Numbered from the stretch's first letter, positions 7,822 through 18,107 are shown. The stretch: 32,179 bases of DNA from Candidatus Yanofskybacteria bacterium RIFCSPHIGHO2_01_FULL_44_17 (GCA_001794195.1 MGJI01000007.1:1-32179); one strand, 5' to 3'. Numbers and translations are program-made. Notes: a model not told the origin generated them from the sequence alone.

Positions 7822-9024
7822 CTAGCGTAAATTTTTTATTAATTCCCTTGCCTTATCCAATTGTGTATCCTTCTCGTTCTTGGTATCTTCCTCGCTTATC
7901 ACAACTTCGACATCCGGCTTGATGCCATTTTCATGTATCGAAGCTCCTTTGGGCGTGAACCACTTAGCAATCGTGATTTTAACTGAGGCCTTTTTGGGCA
8001 GGTCATCTACTTCTTGGACTGAGCCTTTGCCGAAGCTGGTTTCTCCTACAACCAATATGCCCCTGTTGTCTTTGAGCGCACCAGCCAGAATCTCAGAAGC
8101 CGAAGCCGAACCCTTGTTGATTAAAACAATTAATGGATAGTTTTTCAATAGGCCGTTGGGCTGGGTGCGAAATTCGTTTTCTTTTCCGTCTCCGAACCTT
8201 TCTATCGTTACAACCTTATCAGAATCCAAAAAGTACCCCGCTATATTAACCGCTGAATCCAGCAGGCCGCCAGGATTATTACGCACATCTAATATTATTT
8301 TGGTAGCTTTGGATTTTAGTATCTCCTCGGCGGCCTTTTTGAACTCGTCATCAACATTTTTGTTAAACACGAACATTTCAATGTAGGCTATGTTTTCATC
8401 TAGCATTTTCCAGTCTATGGCCGGTATCTTGATGGTATCGCGGGTCATGGTAATCTCTTTAGCTTTTTCGAGACCGTCACGAGCTATGGTGAGAGTAACG
8501 TTAGTTCCCCTGGGTCCGCGGATGGTGCCGACAGCCTCGTCTATCTTCATTCCCTCAGTCGATTTGTCATCGATTTTTAAAATTTTATCTCCGGCAAGGA
8601 GTCCGGCACGGGCGGCAGGCGTGTCTTTGATCGGTGCAATCACCGTCAGAATATTTTTGCGAAGACCTATCTCAATACCGATTCCACCGAATGAGCCGTT
8701 AATTTGCTGCTGAAACTCTTCGCTCTCTTTGGGCTTAAAGAAAACCGTATACGGATCGCCGGCTGCGTTAACCATTCCATTTATGGCGCCGTAAACTAAT
8801 TCTTGGGTATTTAGTGTGTTCCTCTCAACGTATCGGTCGTGTAATAACTCCCAGACATTCCAAAATAATGAAAAATCAACGCCATTAGGCTGGCTGGCCT
8901 CCCTGTTTATCAGATTACTTAGTACCGGCTCAGGTACTCTATAGTCCCGATAATAAAAACCTCCGGTAAAGCCCACCGCTAACATGAGGACTATTAAAAT
9001 TGGAATAAATCTTTTTTGATTCAT
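7822..9024 (-). CDS. ctpA: C-terminal processing protease S41A
   Basis: DPYT, PDZ GIG, LDVRNNPGG, SASASE, SFGKGSVQ, GIKPD. Confidence 0.95.
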   Translation of the reverse strand: MNQKRFIPILIVLMLAVGFTGGFYYRDYRVPEPVLSNLINREASQPNGVDFSLFWNVWELLHDRYVERNTLNTQELVYGAINGMVNAAGDPYTVFFKPKESEEFQQQINGSFGGIGIEIGLRKNILTVIAPIKDTPAARAGLLAGDKILKIDDKSTEGMKIDEAVGTIRGPRGTNVTLTIARDGLEKAKEITMTRDTIKIPAIDWKMLDENIAYIEMFVFNKNVDDEFKKAAEEILKSKATKIILDVRNNPGGLLDSAVNIAGYFLDSDKVVTIERFGDGKENEFRTQPNGLLKNYPLIVLINKGSASASEILAGALKDNRGILVVGETSFGKGSVQEVDDLPKKASVKITIAKWFTPKGASIHENGIKPDVEVVISEEDTKNEKDTQLDKARELIKNLR

Positions 9025-9836
9025 GGCGAGAGCTCTATTTTACGCAAGTCTCTATATTTCCAGAAAAATTTAATTGCGCTAGAAATATGCCAGCGCGTTT
9101 TTTTATTAAAAATTGTGTCTAATATGCCCAAGCCTGAATTAGATTCACGCTGATGGTAGTGATACATAACCGCCTCAGGATAGTAGACAACCTTGTAGTC
9201 ATTATGCCAGAAGCGTCTAGCCCAATCAACATCTTCAAAATACATAAAAAAGCGTTCATCCATTCCACCTATCCTACGGATAGCATTACGGCTTAACATA
9301 ATCGCTGAGCCCATAAGCCAGTCGGGGGTTTGTATTTTTGTGGGGTCGACATCGGCCATAAGAAACTCGTTCAGCTCTTTTTTAAACCAACCGAATTTTC
9401 CAAGAAAACTTCGCCGTGCCAATATTGTTACTGGCTTGTAATAGCTGAAGAATGTTTTTTGTTGTGTGCTGTTGAGGTTTAGCATGCGAGGCCCAAGCAT
9501 GCCGACATCTTCATGCTTTTTTATGTAATTGAACATTTTGCTAATTGCGCCGTCGGTGGCTATAATATCCGGATTCAGTATAAGAATATAATCACCCTGC
9601 GAATTTTTGATGCCGATGTTTACACCCTTGGAATAGCCAAGATTTTCTTTGAAAGGAAGATATTTAATTTCAGGGTATTGCTCGCGGATTAAATCTCGCG
9701 CCCCTCTGGATATGGTCGAATCAACGACCACAACCTCATAGTTCAAATTAATCGAGGTTTCTCGTATTGATTTTAAACAAAGCTTCAGAAGCTCGGGTGT
9801 CTGATGGTGAACGATTATGATTGACAAACTTTTCAT
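9021..9836 (-). CDS. GT2 glycosyltransferase (WbbL-like)
   Basis: VVVVD, ENLGYSKGVN, ILNPD, FFMYFEDVD. Confidence 0.92.
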   Translation of the reverse strand: MKSLSIIIVHHQTPELLKLCLKSIRETSINLNYEVVVVDSTISRGARDLIREQYPEIKYLPFKENLGYSKGVNIGIKNSQGDYILILNPDIIATDGAISKMFNYIKKHEDVGMLGPRMLNLNSTQQKTFFSYYKPVTILARRSFLGKFGWFKKELNEFLMADVDPTKIQTPDWLMGSAIMLSRNAIRRIGGMDERFFMYFEDVDWARRFWHNDYKVVYYPEAVMYHYHQRESNSGLGILDTIFNKKTRWHISSAIKFFWKYRDLRKIELSP

Positions 9837-9879
9837 AAAGTGATAGTATAAGTAAAGATTTATTAACCTTGCCTGGAGG
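9821..9879 (+). promoter_or_regulatory. Promoter and SD for the antisense ORFan; -10 overlaps that of the divergent GT2
   Basis: TTGACA(9821-9826)-N17-TAGTAT(9844-9849); minus-strand TATACT 9850-9845; GGAGG 9875-9879. Confidence 0.65.
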
Positions 9880-9883
9880 TTGT

Positions 9884-10282
9884 GTGATTGCTAGTTTTTT
9901 AACATTTTTTATCGGCTGCGGAATATTTTTTCTCGGTAGTTTTAAGATTGTACATGCCAAACTAAATAAAGATGGCCATACCCATACATATTGGCCGCTA
10001 TGGCTAGTAAATTCTCTAAGTGGCGCTGGCTTAGGAAGCATTATCTATTCGTCTGTTCTTTTTGTAGTTAGCCGCATAGACACTGATCCTAGCATATATT
10101 TGTTCATATATTTTTTTTCCAGCAGCGTTTTTATTTATACTCTCTTTTGCTGCAGGGCATTTGTATGTAATTTGGCAGGGTATCTTAATCAAAAAAAGGG
10201 CATACTCACTCACGCTGTTCCTTCAATGTTTTTCGGCTACATTTGTATTCGGCCCGATAAAAGACCGCTGCCCCCAGGATAG
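9884..10282 (+). CDS. Hypothetical membrane protein, 3-4 TM
   Basis: GTG after GGAGG; hydrophobic segments; CCCCC/GGGGG hairpin plus Ts at the stop. Confidence 0.65.
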   Translation: MIASFLTFFIGCGIFFLGSFKIVHAKLNKDGHTHTYWPLWLVNSLSGAGLGSIIYSSVLFVVSRIDTDPSIYLFIYFFSSSVFIYTLFCCRAFVCNLAGYLNQKKGILTHAVPSMFFGYICIRPDKRPLPPG

Positions 10283-10329
10283 GGGGTTTTAATTTACCAC
10301 GGCCCAAGCAACGAATATTTTACGAAGCA

Positions 10330-11406
10330 CTATGGTGAAGCTAAAATATTACTAAATAAATTTTTAATACCCTGATAATTTGCCTCTTTGGATAATAATA
10401 TATACTCCCCCTTTTCAGTTTTAGTTTCATATACCAAATTTTCCGTGGTAATCACATAATTTTTAATTGAAGTTTTAGTTCCGAAGTTGTTCGTTAGTGC
10501 CAGCAAGTCTTTAATGTCCCAGATTTGAAAATCAGTTCGTATATTTTCTTTCAGGCTAGACAGCAGAGATGTTATTTTGGAGGGGCTGGATAGGAGCCCC
10601 AGGGAGAGGGCCTTATTTTTTATTATAGCTATGACGTCTTGCTGTCTGCGGGCTCTGTCAAAATCGTTTGTTGAGTAGCGCGAGCGAACATAATACAACG
10701 CCTGATCTCCATTGAGGTGATTATCCCCTGCCGGCAGATAGAACTCATAGCCCCACTGATTCTTTTCTTCAAACGCTTTGGCAAGGTGTATGTCTATTCC
10801 GCCGATACTATTTACTACTTCACGGAAAGCATTAAAGTCCACTACTAAGGCATTGTCAATATAGATTCCGGTAATTCGAGAGAAAACATGTTTGGCCAAG
10901 GCTGTGCCGCCGCCGTTAGCAAGCCCGCGCTCATAGACTTCATTTACCTTCCCCTTTATTTTCAGCCCCTTATTATTAGCGGCGACCACATCCATTTCTA
11001 TATATAAATCTCGTGGCACGGAGATCAGGGCAGATTTTTTGGTAGTTTGATCCAGACTCATAATTAGTATGGTATCTGTGAGCAGGCCGCCCTCTTTTTC
11101 AACGGATGCCATATCTTCGCCGCGTATGCCCAGCAAAAGCACATCTAACCTAGCGGGCTCCATTTCAGGCATTGGATTTGTATCAGACTTGTTTAGTGGA
11201 TCCTCATTCGTATTGAATACACCAGCAACATTTTTAAACCATGAGCCATTATTTACGGAGATCGTGCTGTAGGCCATGGCGAACTGATAGGCATAGTAGA
11301 CTACGCCTAAAAACAAAAATAGAAAAATATAAAATAACGGCCTCTTGTGCCAAGGCCTTTTAGAGTTAGTGGCTAGCGGTTTGTAGTTAGTATTTAGCGG
11401 ATCCAT
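10330..11406 (-). CDS. LytR-CpsA-Psr (LCP) family phosphotransferase
   Basis: TM; LLLG, TDTI, SVPRD, ALYYVRSR, DFDRARRQQ. Confidence 0.95.
   Translation of the reverse strand: MDPLNTNYKPLATNSKRPWHKRPLFYIFLFLFLGVVYYAYQFAMAYSTISVNNGSWFKNVAGVFNTNEDPLNKSDTNPMPEMEPARLDVLLLGIRGEDMASVEKEGGLLTDTILIMSLDQTTKKSALISVPRDLYIEMDVVAANNKGLKIKGKVNEVYERGLANGGGTALAKHVFSRITGIYIDNALVVDFNAFREVVNSIGGIDIHLAKAFEEKNQWGYEFYLPAGDNHLNGDQALYYVRSRYSTNDFDRARRQQDVIAIIKNKALSLGLLSSPSKITSLLSSLKENIRTDFQIWDIKDLLALTNNFGTKTSIKNYVITTENLVYETKTEKGEYILLSKEANYQGIKNLFSNILASP
11360..11401. repeat. Degenerate 7-nt tandem tract
   Basis: ttagagt tagtggc tagcggt ttgtagt tagtatt tagcgga. Confidence 0.65.
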
Positions 11407-12437
11407 TGTCGAAAATCTTTAGCTGTAATTCGAGCTTTTTGCATAATCTCTTTCCTCCTTTTTAACATAGTTGGCAGCATTTTGGCAACCTTAAAAATTT
11501 CAAGAAACATGGGCGGTTCAAATAGTAAGAAGTAAGCCCAGAGTCTAATTTGACGCCAAAAAATATAAGGCCAATCACGCCATAAATTGACAGCGAAATC
11601 ATTTTTGATAATGGTAATTGTAGTGTTGCGCCAGTCCAGGCGGCGTTTAAACATAGGAACGGCTTTCCTAATTTTAATAAACTTTTTCCAGCCGCCAGCG
11701 ACCCCCTTAGTCGTCTTGCGGTCGTGATAGGCAATGACGCTGGGCGCGTAAACTTGTTTCCAACCGAATATCCTCATGCGCCACGGAAGATCAAGATCGT
11801 CGCCGTACCAGAAGTAGTCATGATCAACAATTTTATTGTTTTGATTTTTTAGACGGCAATCTTCGAGCGCACTTCTTCTGTAAATTGGCACCGCTCCCTC
11901 CGTCGCAAAGATTTCGCGCTGAGAATTATATTGTCCGCGATCTATCTCGCCATGCGCTATGTTCACTATTCTACGCGAGCGAAAAATCTCAAAACCTATC
12001 GTGTCCAGTGTCTCGTACTTAGTATTTTGTATAAAAGGAAATTCGTATTTATAAACCTTCGCCTGAAGTCCGCCTATAGTTTCATCTTGTTCCATAATCT
12101 CAACGGCGTTTTTGATGAAATCTTTATCCAGAACAACGTCAACCGATAAGGCCACAACATATTCACCGTGACTATATTTGAGCAGCTCTTCCTGCCCCGG
12201 CCACATGCCTAAATTTTTTTTTGATTGAATAAAATTAAACTTGAATTTCCGATTTACAATTTCCAATTTCCAGTTGTTTATTTTTTGAACGGTGTCGTCA
12301 GTCGAGGCGTTGTCCAAAATATTTACCTCGATTAATTCATGCGGGTGCGTTTGCGCTAAAACCGAATCCAGGCACTGACGAATGTCTTTTCCGCCATTAT
12401 AGACGACTAAGTTAATTGTAACTATTGAATTTGACAT
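11394..12437 (-). CDS. GT2 glycosyltransferase
   Basis: VYNG, ILDNASTD, SVDV, YFWYGDDLD. Confidence 0.92.
   Translation of the reverse strand: MSNSIVTINLVVYNGGKDIRQCLDSVLAQTHPHELIEVNILDNASTDDTVQKINNWKLEIVNRKFKFNFIQSKKNLGMWPGQEELLKYSHGEYVVALSVDVVLDKDFIKNAVEIMEQDETIGGLQAKVYKYEFPFIQNTKYETLDTIGFEIFRSRRIVNIAHGEIDRGQYNSQREIFATEGAVPIYRRSALEDCRLKNQNNKIVDHDYFWYGDDLDLPWRMRIFGWKQVYAPSVIAYHDRKTTKGVAGGWKKFIKIRKAVPMFKRRLDWRNTTITIIKNDFAVNLWRDWPYIFWRQIRLWAYFLLFEPPMFLEIFKVAKMLPTMLKRRKEIMQKARITAKDFRQWIR
12003..12030. repeat. Degenerate 7-nt tandem tract
   Basis: gtccagt gtctcgt acttagt attttgt. Confidence 0.5.
12244..12278. repeat. 7-nt tandem tract
   Basis: aatttcc gatttac aatttcc aatttcc agttgtt. Confidence 0.7.
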
Positions 12438-12472
12438 TCTGACTTAAATAAAGTTCTAAGTTCACATGTGGC

Positions 12473-14047
12473 CTACTCGCCGTTTTCTTTTTGAGAAAAT
12501 ATGAGGGCGACTGTCGTCACAAACAACAAAAATGCCCTCTCGTCAAAAATCGCAACATCAGTCAAAGAATAAATTAAAACCCAAGGAATAAAAAGCAGGG
12601 CTCCAGCGAAATAAATAGTTTGTAGCTTATGGTTCGTAGTTTGTAGAAAATTATTATAAACCTTTTGCAGGAGAAGCCATAAAAACCAAAGGGCAAAAAC
12701 AAGTGCGGGAATACCCATCTCAGCGGCTATGTGTAAGTAAAGATTGTGGGCAGACGATCCTGCCTTTGCACGTGCCAGATCCTCCCCCACCACGACCGGA
12801 AAATTACCAATGCCGACACCCAGTAATGGGTGTTTTTTTATTGAGCGAAGCGAGTCCTTCCAAATCTCAATTCGGCGGGCATTTGAAGTTTCCGATATAT
12901 CTATCAACGAGCGTACGCGAGCTCCTAGCAGTGCCGTATCCCCTTTTGCCATCTGGAATTGATCTGTAGCCAATATGTAATATGCTGGTCCAAAGAGTAA
13001 AAAGAATATAGTCAAATACGAAGCTAAATAGGAAAAAATATATCGACATCGCAAGTCCTTATTTAATGGCTTGCGATGTCGATATATTAAAAAACCGGCC
13101 CAGATTGTAGAGGTCGCACCCGCTGCCCAGATACCCCTGGTGCCACTCAGAATCGCCGCCAAGAAGATTATGGGTACGAAAACGACCAAGATATTAGCCC
13201 TGGTTTTTAGTATTACCTTAAGATTGTCCGAGTTTTTTTTGAAAACTCTTTCTAGGGCCAGTGCCAGAACCGTCGGTAGACCCAAAAGTAGAAATATTGG
13301 GAATGAGTGCGAGTCTGGAAAAATTGAAAACATGCGCAGGGATAGTTGGTCACCGAAATATGCAAACCACGTATTGGCTCTAATAGCGGTATCAGCCCAG
13401 GCGTTACCAAATAAATTGCGCTGAACCACTCCACCCCAGAAATCTACGAACTGAAAAATATCCATATAATAAGTCGAAATTTGTTGGAGTATTCCGATGA
13501 GGGCAACGATTATCGTGGGAATGGCAATGTTTTTAATTAATCTTTGGCTGAAATCCTGGTTTTTTTTAACTAAATCATAAATTATGACTCCAATCAGGGA
13601 TAAATTGATGAAATATACTATTCGCTTAACCGCTAGTACGGTACTATCTGCCTGAGTCGCAGAAAGGATGGCCAGTATCAAGATGCCCAAAAGTAGAATA
13701 GTAGCCTTATGATTTCGCCAGACAATCTGTAGTTTTAAAATACGATCGTATTTAAAGGCGACACGTGATAAACCCAAAAACCATTTAATGAAAATCAGGC
13801 AAGAGAGAATACGCCACATATTGAGTGAATCAAAGCCGCCTGTAATTGGTATCGCGATGAAAAACGGAATTGAACGCACAAAAAAAGCCGTCGAATCTTC
13901 AAGTGACGCCAATAACACATAGGCTGTCAGTGCCAGTGTCCAGTATGGCACAACTGTCCGCGGCAAAATCCCGGCTATAAGCAAAAAGAAAATTGCTATA
14001 TGACAAAAAAACATGGTATTGACATTTAAATTCACTTTTGTTATCAT
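12473..14047 (-). CDS. O-antigen ligase/polymerase-like membrane protein (Wzy_C)
   Basis: Many TMs; SGTRG, R..IW, PLLGVG.GNF, AHNLYL..AAEMGI. Confidence 0.9.
   Translation of the reverse strand: MITKVNLNVNTMFFCHIAIFFLLIAGILPRTVVPYWTLALTAYVLLASLEDSTAFFVRSIPFFIAIPITGGFDSLNMWRILSCLIFIKWFLGLSRVAFKYDRILKLQIVWRNHKATILLLGILILAILSATQADSTVLAVKRIVYFINLSLIGVIIYDLVKKNQDFSQRLIKNIAIPTIIVALIGILQQISTYYMDIFQFVDFWGGVVQRNLFGNAWADTAIRANTWFAYFGDQLSLRMFSIFPDSHSFPIFLLLGLPTVLALALERVFKKNSDNLKVILKTRANILVVFVPIIFLAAILSGTRGIWAAGATSTIWAGFLIYRHRKPLNKDLRCRYIFSYLASYLTIFFLLFGPAYYILATDQFQMAKGDTALLGARVRSLIDISETSNARRIEIWKDSLRSIKKHPLLGVGIGNFPVVVGEDLARAKAGSSAHNLYLHIAAEMGIPALVFALWFLWLLLQKVYNNFLQTTNHKLQTIYFAGALLFIPWVLIYSLTDVAIFDERAFLLFVTTVALIFSQKENGE
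12616..12646. repeat. 7-nt tandem tract
   Basis: tagtttg tagctta tggttcg tagtttg tag. Confidence 0.7.
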
Positions 14048-14080
14048 ATGCTAAGCATAATTTAAAACGAGGAGATTAGC

Positions 14081-14290
14081 ATGTTTGGATTGGCGATGTT
14101 TCTGCTTTGTTTGTCTAACTTGCTTTATCTAGAGGCAATATATGTAGGGCTTAATAATCTACCAAAGTCTTCTAACCTTCCTTTCTTTATAGCTGTAATG
14201 GTTGGTATATTTTCAGAAATCGGACTCCGCATAGCCACAAGGGCCGCCTGTAAAAATTTTATTAAAGACAAGCCAAATGACAAAGGTTAA
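14081..14290 (+). CDS. Hypothetical 2-TM protein, 69 aa
   Basis: GAGGAG SD; TTGACA(14019-14024)-N17-TATCAT(14042-14047). Confidence 0.65.
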   Translation: MFGLAMFLLCLSNLLYLEAIYVGLNNLPKSSNLPFFIAVMVGIFSEIGLRIATRAACKNFIKDKPNDKG

Positions 14291-14301
14291 GTCCCAGCCG
14301 C

Positions 14302-15405
14302 TCAAAGAGCGGCTTTTAAAATTACTAAAAATCTATCTGTGGTTTTGGCCCAGGTGTATTTTTCAAGAATGATCTTGCTGGCGTTTTTTATTTTTTGTTG
14401 TTTTTGTTCGTTGGCCAGGGCATTTTTTATTGTAACGGCAATAGAGTTTGAGGTAAATTTATCTGTAAAAAAAGCATTATTGCCGTAAATTTCATGATTT
14501 AACTTAGACTCTGCTACCACCGCCGGTACGCCGTAGCCCAGCGCTTCAAGCGGTGGCAAGCCGAAGGCTTCTTTTGATGAAACATATAGCAGCAATTTAG
14601 CTCCGGCAAAAAGTTGATTAAGTTCTTCTTCCGGCACGTATTCCTTATAAATTATAGCCTCTCGCCCAAGTCTTTCGTTAACTTCATTTGCCAGATTTTT
14701 TAAAATTGGCGGATTGTATTTGTCCTTACCAACGGCTACGAGATTTAAATCAGGATATTGAGGTGCTAAAATTTCAAAAGCTAATATAGTTTCCCTTAGG
14801 TGACGGCGCGAAAATGCTTGGCCGACATATAATAAGTAGTTCGTAGCCGATGGCTCATAGCTAATAGCTTTCGGCGGATCAATGCCCAAGGTATTAACTT
14901 TAATACGATCGGGGCTTATTTTAAATAATTTGACCAGTTCTTGCTTGGAGGTTTCTGAGATCGCCATGATTTTGGTTGCGTGTTTGGCTGCCCACCAACC
15001 GGCAAATATTTTATAAGCAAGCTTATAGCGTAATGGGAGCGTGCCCTCGTTGATTTCATAATAAATGTCCTCTGTCAGCATCACTAGCGATTTTCCACGA
15101 AAAAGCGGTGAAAGCATGTAGTTTGGGAAAAAAACTAAATCTACTTTTTCAAACCATAATTTTATCGGCAGCCAAAAATAATAGTAAAGACTGAACGAGT
15201 TCGTACCTATGACTTTTTTTACAAAGATGGTATTGTTTAGGAACGGCAAGTCTGGAATCCGTGATTTAAAGTACAGAAAAAGTCTGAACTCATTGGTGAG
15301 TTTAGGTCTTGCCGAAATATTTTCAAGAAGTTTTTTTACGATTCTGCCGACACCCCAAGATTCGGAGCCCTCGATAGACTCACATTCGATACCTATATTA
15401 ATCAT
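14302..15405 (-). CDS. GT4 glycosyltransferase
   Basis: EAFGLPPLEA, LLYVG, AISE. Confidence 0.92.
   Translation of the reverse strand: MINIGIECESIEGSESWGVGRIVKKLLENISARPKLTNEFRLFLYFKSRIPDLPFLNNTIFVKKVIGTNSFSLYYYFWLPIKLWFEKVDLVFFPNYMLSPLFRGKSLVMLTEDIYYEINEGTLPLRYKLAYKIFAGWWAAKHATKIMAISETSKQELVKLFKISPDRIKVNTLGIDPPKAISYEPSATNYLLYVGQAFSRRHLRETILAFEILAPQYPDLNLVAVGKDKYNPPILKNLANEVNERLGREAIIYKEYVPEEELNQLFAGAKLLLYVSSKEAFGLPPLEALGYGVPAVVAESKLNHEIYGNNAFFTDKFTSNSIAVTIKNALANEQKQQKIKNASKIILEKYTWAKTTDRFLVILKAAL
14837..14871. repeat. 7-nt tandem tract
   Basis: tagttcg tagccga tggctca tagctaa tagcttt. Confidence 0.7.
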
Positions 15406-16297
15406 TGATTTTGCCGAACTTTTCTCTATAAAAATCCACTACTCCGACCGTTATTGTTCTTGATATTTCTCGTCTCTGCGCCCAGAAAATTATCTTGACG
15501 AGTTGTTTCATTATAATAAAAAGCGACCAAAACGGCAAGGCAAACTTAATCAATAGGGGGCCGTTTTTCCAATTAAATAGATGCGCGTTGCGATAGTGGT
15601 AGCGAAGTAATAATGCTGACCCGAGAGATCCGGTTGAGGCGGAGCCGACATGCGTAACTTTAGCCTGAGGCACTATCGCTAAATTGAATCCTGCCCTACT
15701 TGCTCGCAAACAGTAGTCCGCATCTTCAAAATAAAGAAAATAGCTTTCATCTAGCAGCCCTATTTTTTCAATAACTTCTCGCTTAATGAGAATGGCGGCG
15801 CCGGTGATGTAGCGGTCAGTATCGAGTATTGAGTATTTGTTACTGGGGGTGACAACAAATGAGTGCGTTAATTCTGATTTTAGCCAGCTAATTTTACTGC
15901 CATAAATTGTGCGATTGCCCTCGTTTATCGCCGGTCCAATAATGCCAATTTTTGGATCAGACTCGGCCGCTTCAATCAGCTTGGATAGAGAACCTTTTTC
16001 AATTGCAGTATCCGGATTTAATATAAAAACATAATCTGCCCCATGCTCCAGCGCGTACTTGATTCCAACGTTGTTGCCGCCGGAATAGCCCAGATTTTTA
16101 GCGTTGGCCAGTAATTTTAAACCGGTTCTTGCCTCAATCAATGAAGATAAATTTTCAACTTTTGGACTTTTGGAATTATTGTCCACTATGACTATTTCTC
16201 GGTTTTGATAATCCAAGCCCGCAACAGAATCAAGACACTTGACAGTGTCTAACGATTTGTTATAATTAAGGATAATAAGAAAGACCCTAGGAGGCAT
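15398..16297 (-). CDS. GT2 glycosyltransferase
   Basis: ILNYN, VDNNS, NLGYSGGNN, LNPD, YFEDAD. Confidence 0.92.
   Translation of the reverse strand: MPPRVFLIILNYNKSLDTVKCLDSVAGLDYQNREIVIVDNNSKSPKVENLSSLIEARTGLKLLANAKNLGYSGGNNVGIKYALEHGADYVFILNPDTAIEKGSLSKLIEAAESDPKIGIIGPAINEGNRTIYGSKISWLKSELTHSFVVTPSNKYSILDTDRYITGAAILIKREVIEKIGLLDESYFLYFEDADYCLRASRAGFNLAIVPQAKVTHVGSASTGSLGSALLLRYHYRNAHLFNWKNGPLLIKFALPFWSLFIIMKQLVKIIFWAQRREISRTITVGVVDFYREKFGKIND
15811..15838. repeat. 7-nt tandem tract
   Basis: agcggtc agtatcg agtattg agtattt. Confidence 0.65.
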
Positions 16298-16298
16298 T

Positions 16299-16577
16299 AT
16301 GGTTTGGTTTCTTGAAAATTGGTATTTTTTCTATATACCAGTTCATTTTGTAATCGGAGCGCTGAGTTGGGCATGGTTTAATTATAGCGTGTATAAAGCT
16401 CTTGAAGAAGAATACGGCATTGTTTCTAATATGGAGATGAATTCTTTTATCTGCAAATGTAATTTATTTATTGGCTTGATTGGCGGGCCGATTTCATTAT
16501 TTACTACGTTGATCGCTAGTGTTACGCCATATAGAACATATAGAATCAGACTGAGATACGGTCTTAAATTTTTATAA
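16299..16577 (+). CDS. Hypothetical 2-TM protein, 92 aa
   Basis: TTGACA(16239-16244)-N16-TATAAT(16261-16266) and AGGAGG(16289-16294), all within the antisense GT2 CDS. Confidence 0.7.
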   Translation: MVWFLENWYFFYIPVHFVIGALSWAWFNYSVYKALEEEYGIVSNMEMNSFICKCNLFIGLIGGPISLFTTLIASVTPYRTYRIRLRYGLKFL

Positions 16578-17708
16578 TTTTTCTACAAATTCAGCGATTT
16601 GTTGTTTAAATCTTTTTGCCGAGAATTTCTCGGCTGTTTTTTTTATAATTTCCGGATTATAGTTTTGCAGATTTTGTTTTAATATTCTTGCTCCATTTGC
16701 AAGTACCTCCTCAAGCGGGTCCTCAAAGAATTCTCCATTTACGCCCGCCTGTATATATTCTAGCGCTCCGCCGCGCGCTAAAGCCAGCACTGGCTTGCCG
16801 TAGCTCATGGCTTCGATGGGTGTAATGCCAAAATCTTCTTCCTGGGGCATAATAAATGCCATGCAATTAGCATAAAATTGCCGAACTACCTCGTCAGATT
16901 GATGGCCTAATAATTTTACATTTGCTCCGGCAAGTTTTTTTAGTTTTTTAAACTCCGGCCCTCCGCCTATTATTACCAGTGGCCAGCCAAGTTTATTGAA
17001 TGCCCGAATTGCGATGTCTATATTTTTATGCTTATATAGGCGGCTAACTATAAGGAAGTAATTGTTAGGTTTTTGACTATAGATTTTAGGTAGAACTACG
17101 GGTTGATGAGTAGCGACTGACGCCAATTCTACCGGCGGATAAATAATCGTAGATTCTCGGCCGTAATATTTTTTAATGCGCTGGTGGACGTTTTCTGAAA
17201 TCGCAATAAAATGATCAACTCTAGTCGAGGCGTTACGATCCCAGATGCGCAGTAGGTGCTGCAGTATTGCGGTTAGTATTCGCGGAGTATGGCCTGACTC
17301 TTTTTTATATTCAGCGTGCCAATCCCAGAGCTGCCTGGTCGGGCTATAACAATAACAAATGTGTTTGGTTCGCGGTTTAAGTATTAAACCCTTAGAGAAA
17401 GCAACTGAAGATGAAATAACCAGATCAAACTCACTTAAGTTAATCGATTCTATGGCCATCGGCATGAGCGGTGTAAGCAATTTATGACTGCCTAAAAATT
17501 TATAAAGTCTTTGCAAATTACTCGGCCTGATAACAGCTCTCGGTAAAAACCCGTCAGTGAATTTTCTGTTGTGAAAAAGAGTATAGATCGGTGCTTCCGG
17601 GAATAGCTCATGCAACGACTTAAGAGTATTTTCCGCCCCGCCCACGCCCAAAAGCCAATCATGGACAAGAGCGATTCTGGATCGCGGGCGAGCAAATGTA
17701 TTTGACAT
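16572..17708 (-). CDS. GT4 glycosyltransferase (WbaZ/mannosyltransferase-like)
   Basis: ALVHDWL..GGAE, EDFGITPIEAM. Confidence 0.93.
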   Translation of the reverse strand: MSNTFARPRSRIALVHDWLLGVGGAENTLKSLHELFPEAPIYTLFHNRKFTDGFLPRAVIRPSNLQRLYKFLGSHKLLTPLMPMAIESINLSEFDLVISSSVAFSKGLILKPRTKHICYCYSPTRQLWDWHAEYKKESGHTPRILTAILQHLLRIWDRNASTRVDHFIAISENVHQRIKKYYGRESTIIYPPVELASVATHQPVVLPKIYSQKPNNYFLIVSRLYKHKNIDIAIRAFNKLGWPLVIIGGGPEFKKLKKLAGANVKLLGHQSDEVVRQFYANCMAFIMPQEEDFGITPIEAMSYGKPVLALARGGALEYIQAGVNGEFFEDPLEEVLANGARILKQNLQNYNPEIIKKTAEKFSAKRFKQQIAEFVEKL

Positions 17709-17749
17709 CTATTCGATTTTAATATAGTATACTAATTGTGTTCTTTGAC
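17702..17749 (+). promoter_or_regulatory. sigma70 promoter plus boxA-like motif
   Basis: TTGACA(17702-17707)-N17-TAGTAT(17725-17730); TGTTCTTTGAC 17739-17749. Confidence 0.7.
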
Positions 17750-17770
17750 GAGTCTAATTAAGGGGTTGAC

Positions 17771-18085
17771 ATGGCTACAAAAAGAAGTAGTATGCTATTT
17801 AACGATTTCAACGAAGAGATTTTGGGTGCATTGTATTCGTGTAAAAATATAAATACGGCCCACATAATAGATATCGAGAAAGCTTGGGCGGTCATTACCG
17901 ATTATTTAAATACAAAAGAAATAATATTTTCCCGATCAGACTTGCAATCATCTCTGAAGTATTTAATTAACAACGGACCCGTACCTATTAGACTACTTTA
18001 CAATAACCCCTCGGATATCACGGTTTATCTGGACCTCGCGGCGCTGGAGTATAAAATAGGCTACCCGCACCTAGGTTCGGCCTAA
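17771..18085 (+). CDS. Hypothetical protein, 104 aa
   Basis: Promoter, AGGGG SD and downstream terminator. Confidence 0.7.
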   Translation: MATKRSSMLFNDFNEEILGALYSCKNINTAHIIDIEKAWAVITDYLNTKEIIFSRSDLQSSLKYLINNGPVPIRLLYNNPSDITVYLDLAALEYKIGYPHLGSA

Positions 18086-18107
18086 AATTTAACTGATAGC
18101 CATCTTC

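Noticed and set aside
7880-8713. Long antisense ORFs opposite ctpA, and similar shadows opposite mreB, alaS, rpsD and the ligase
   Set aside because: Antisense shadows of well-supported genes, with no independent expression signals.
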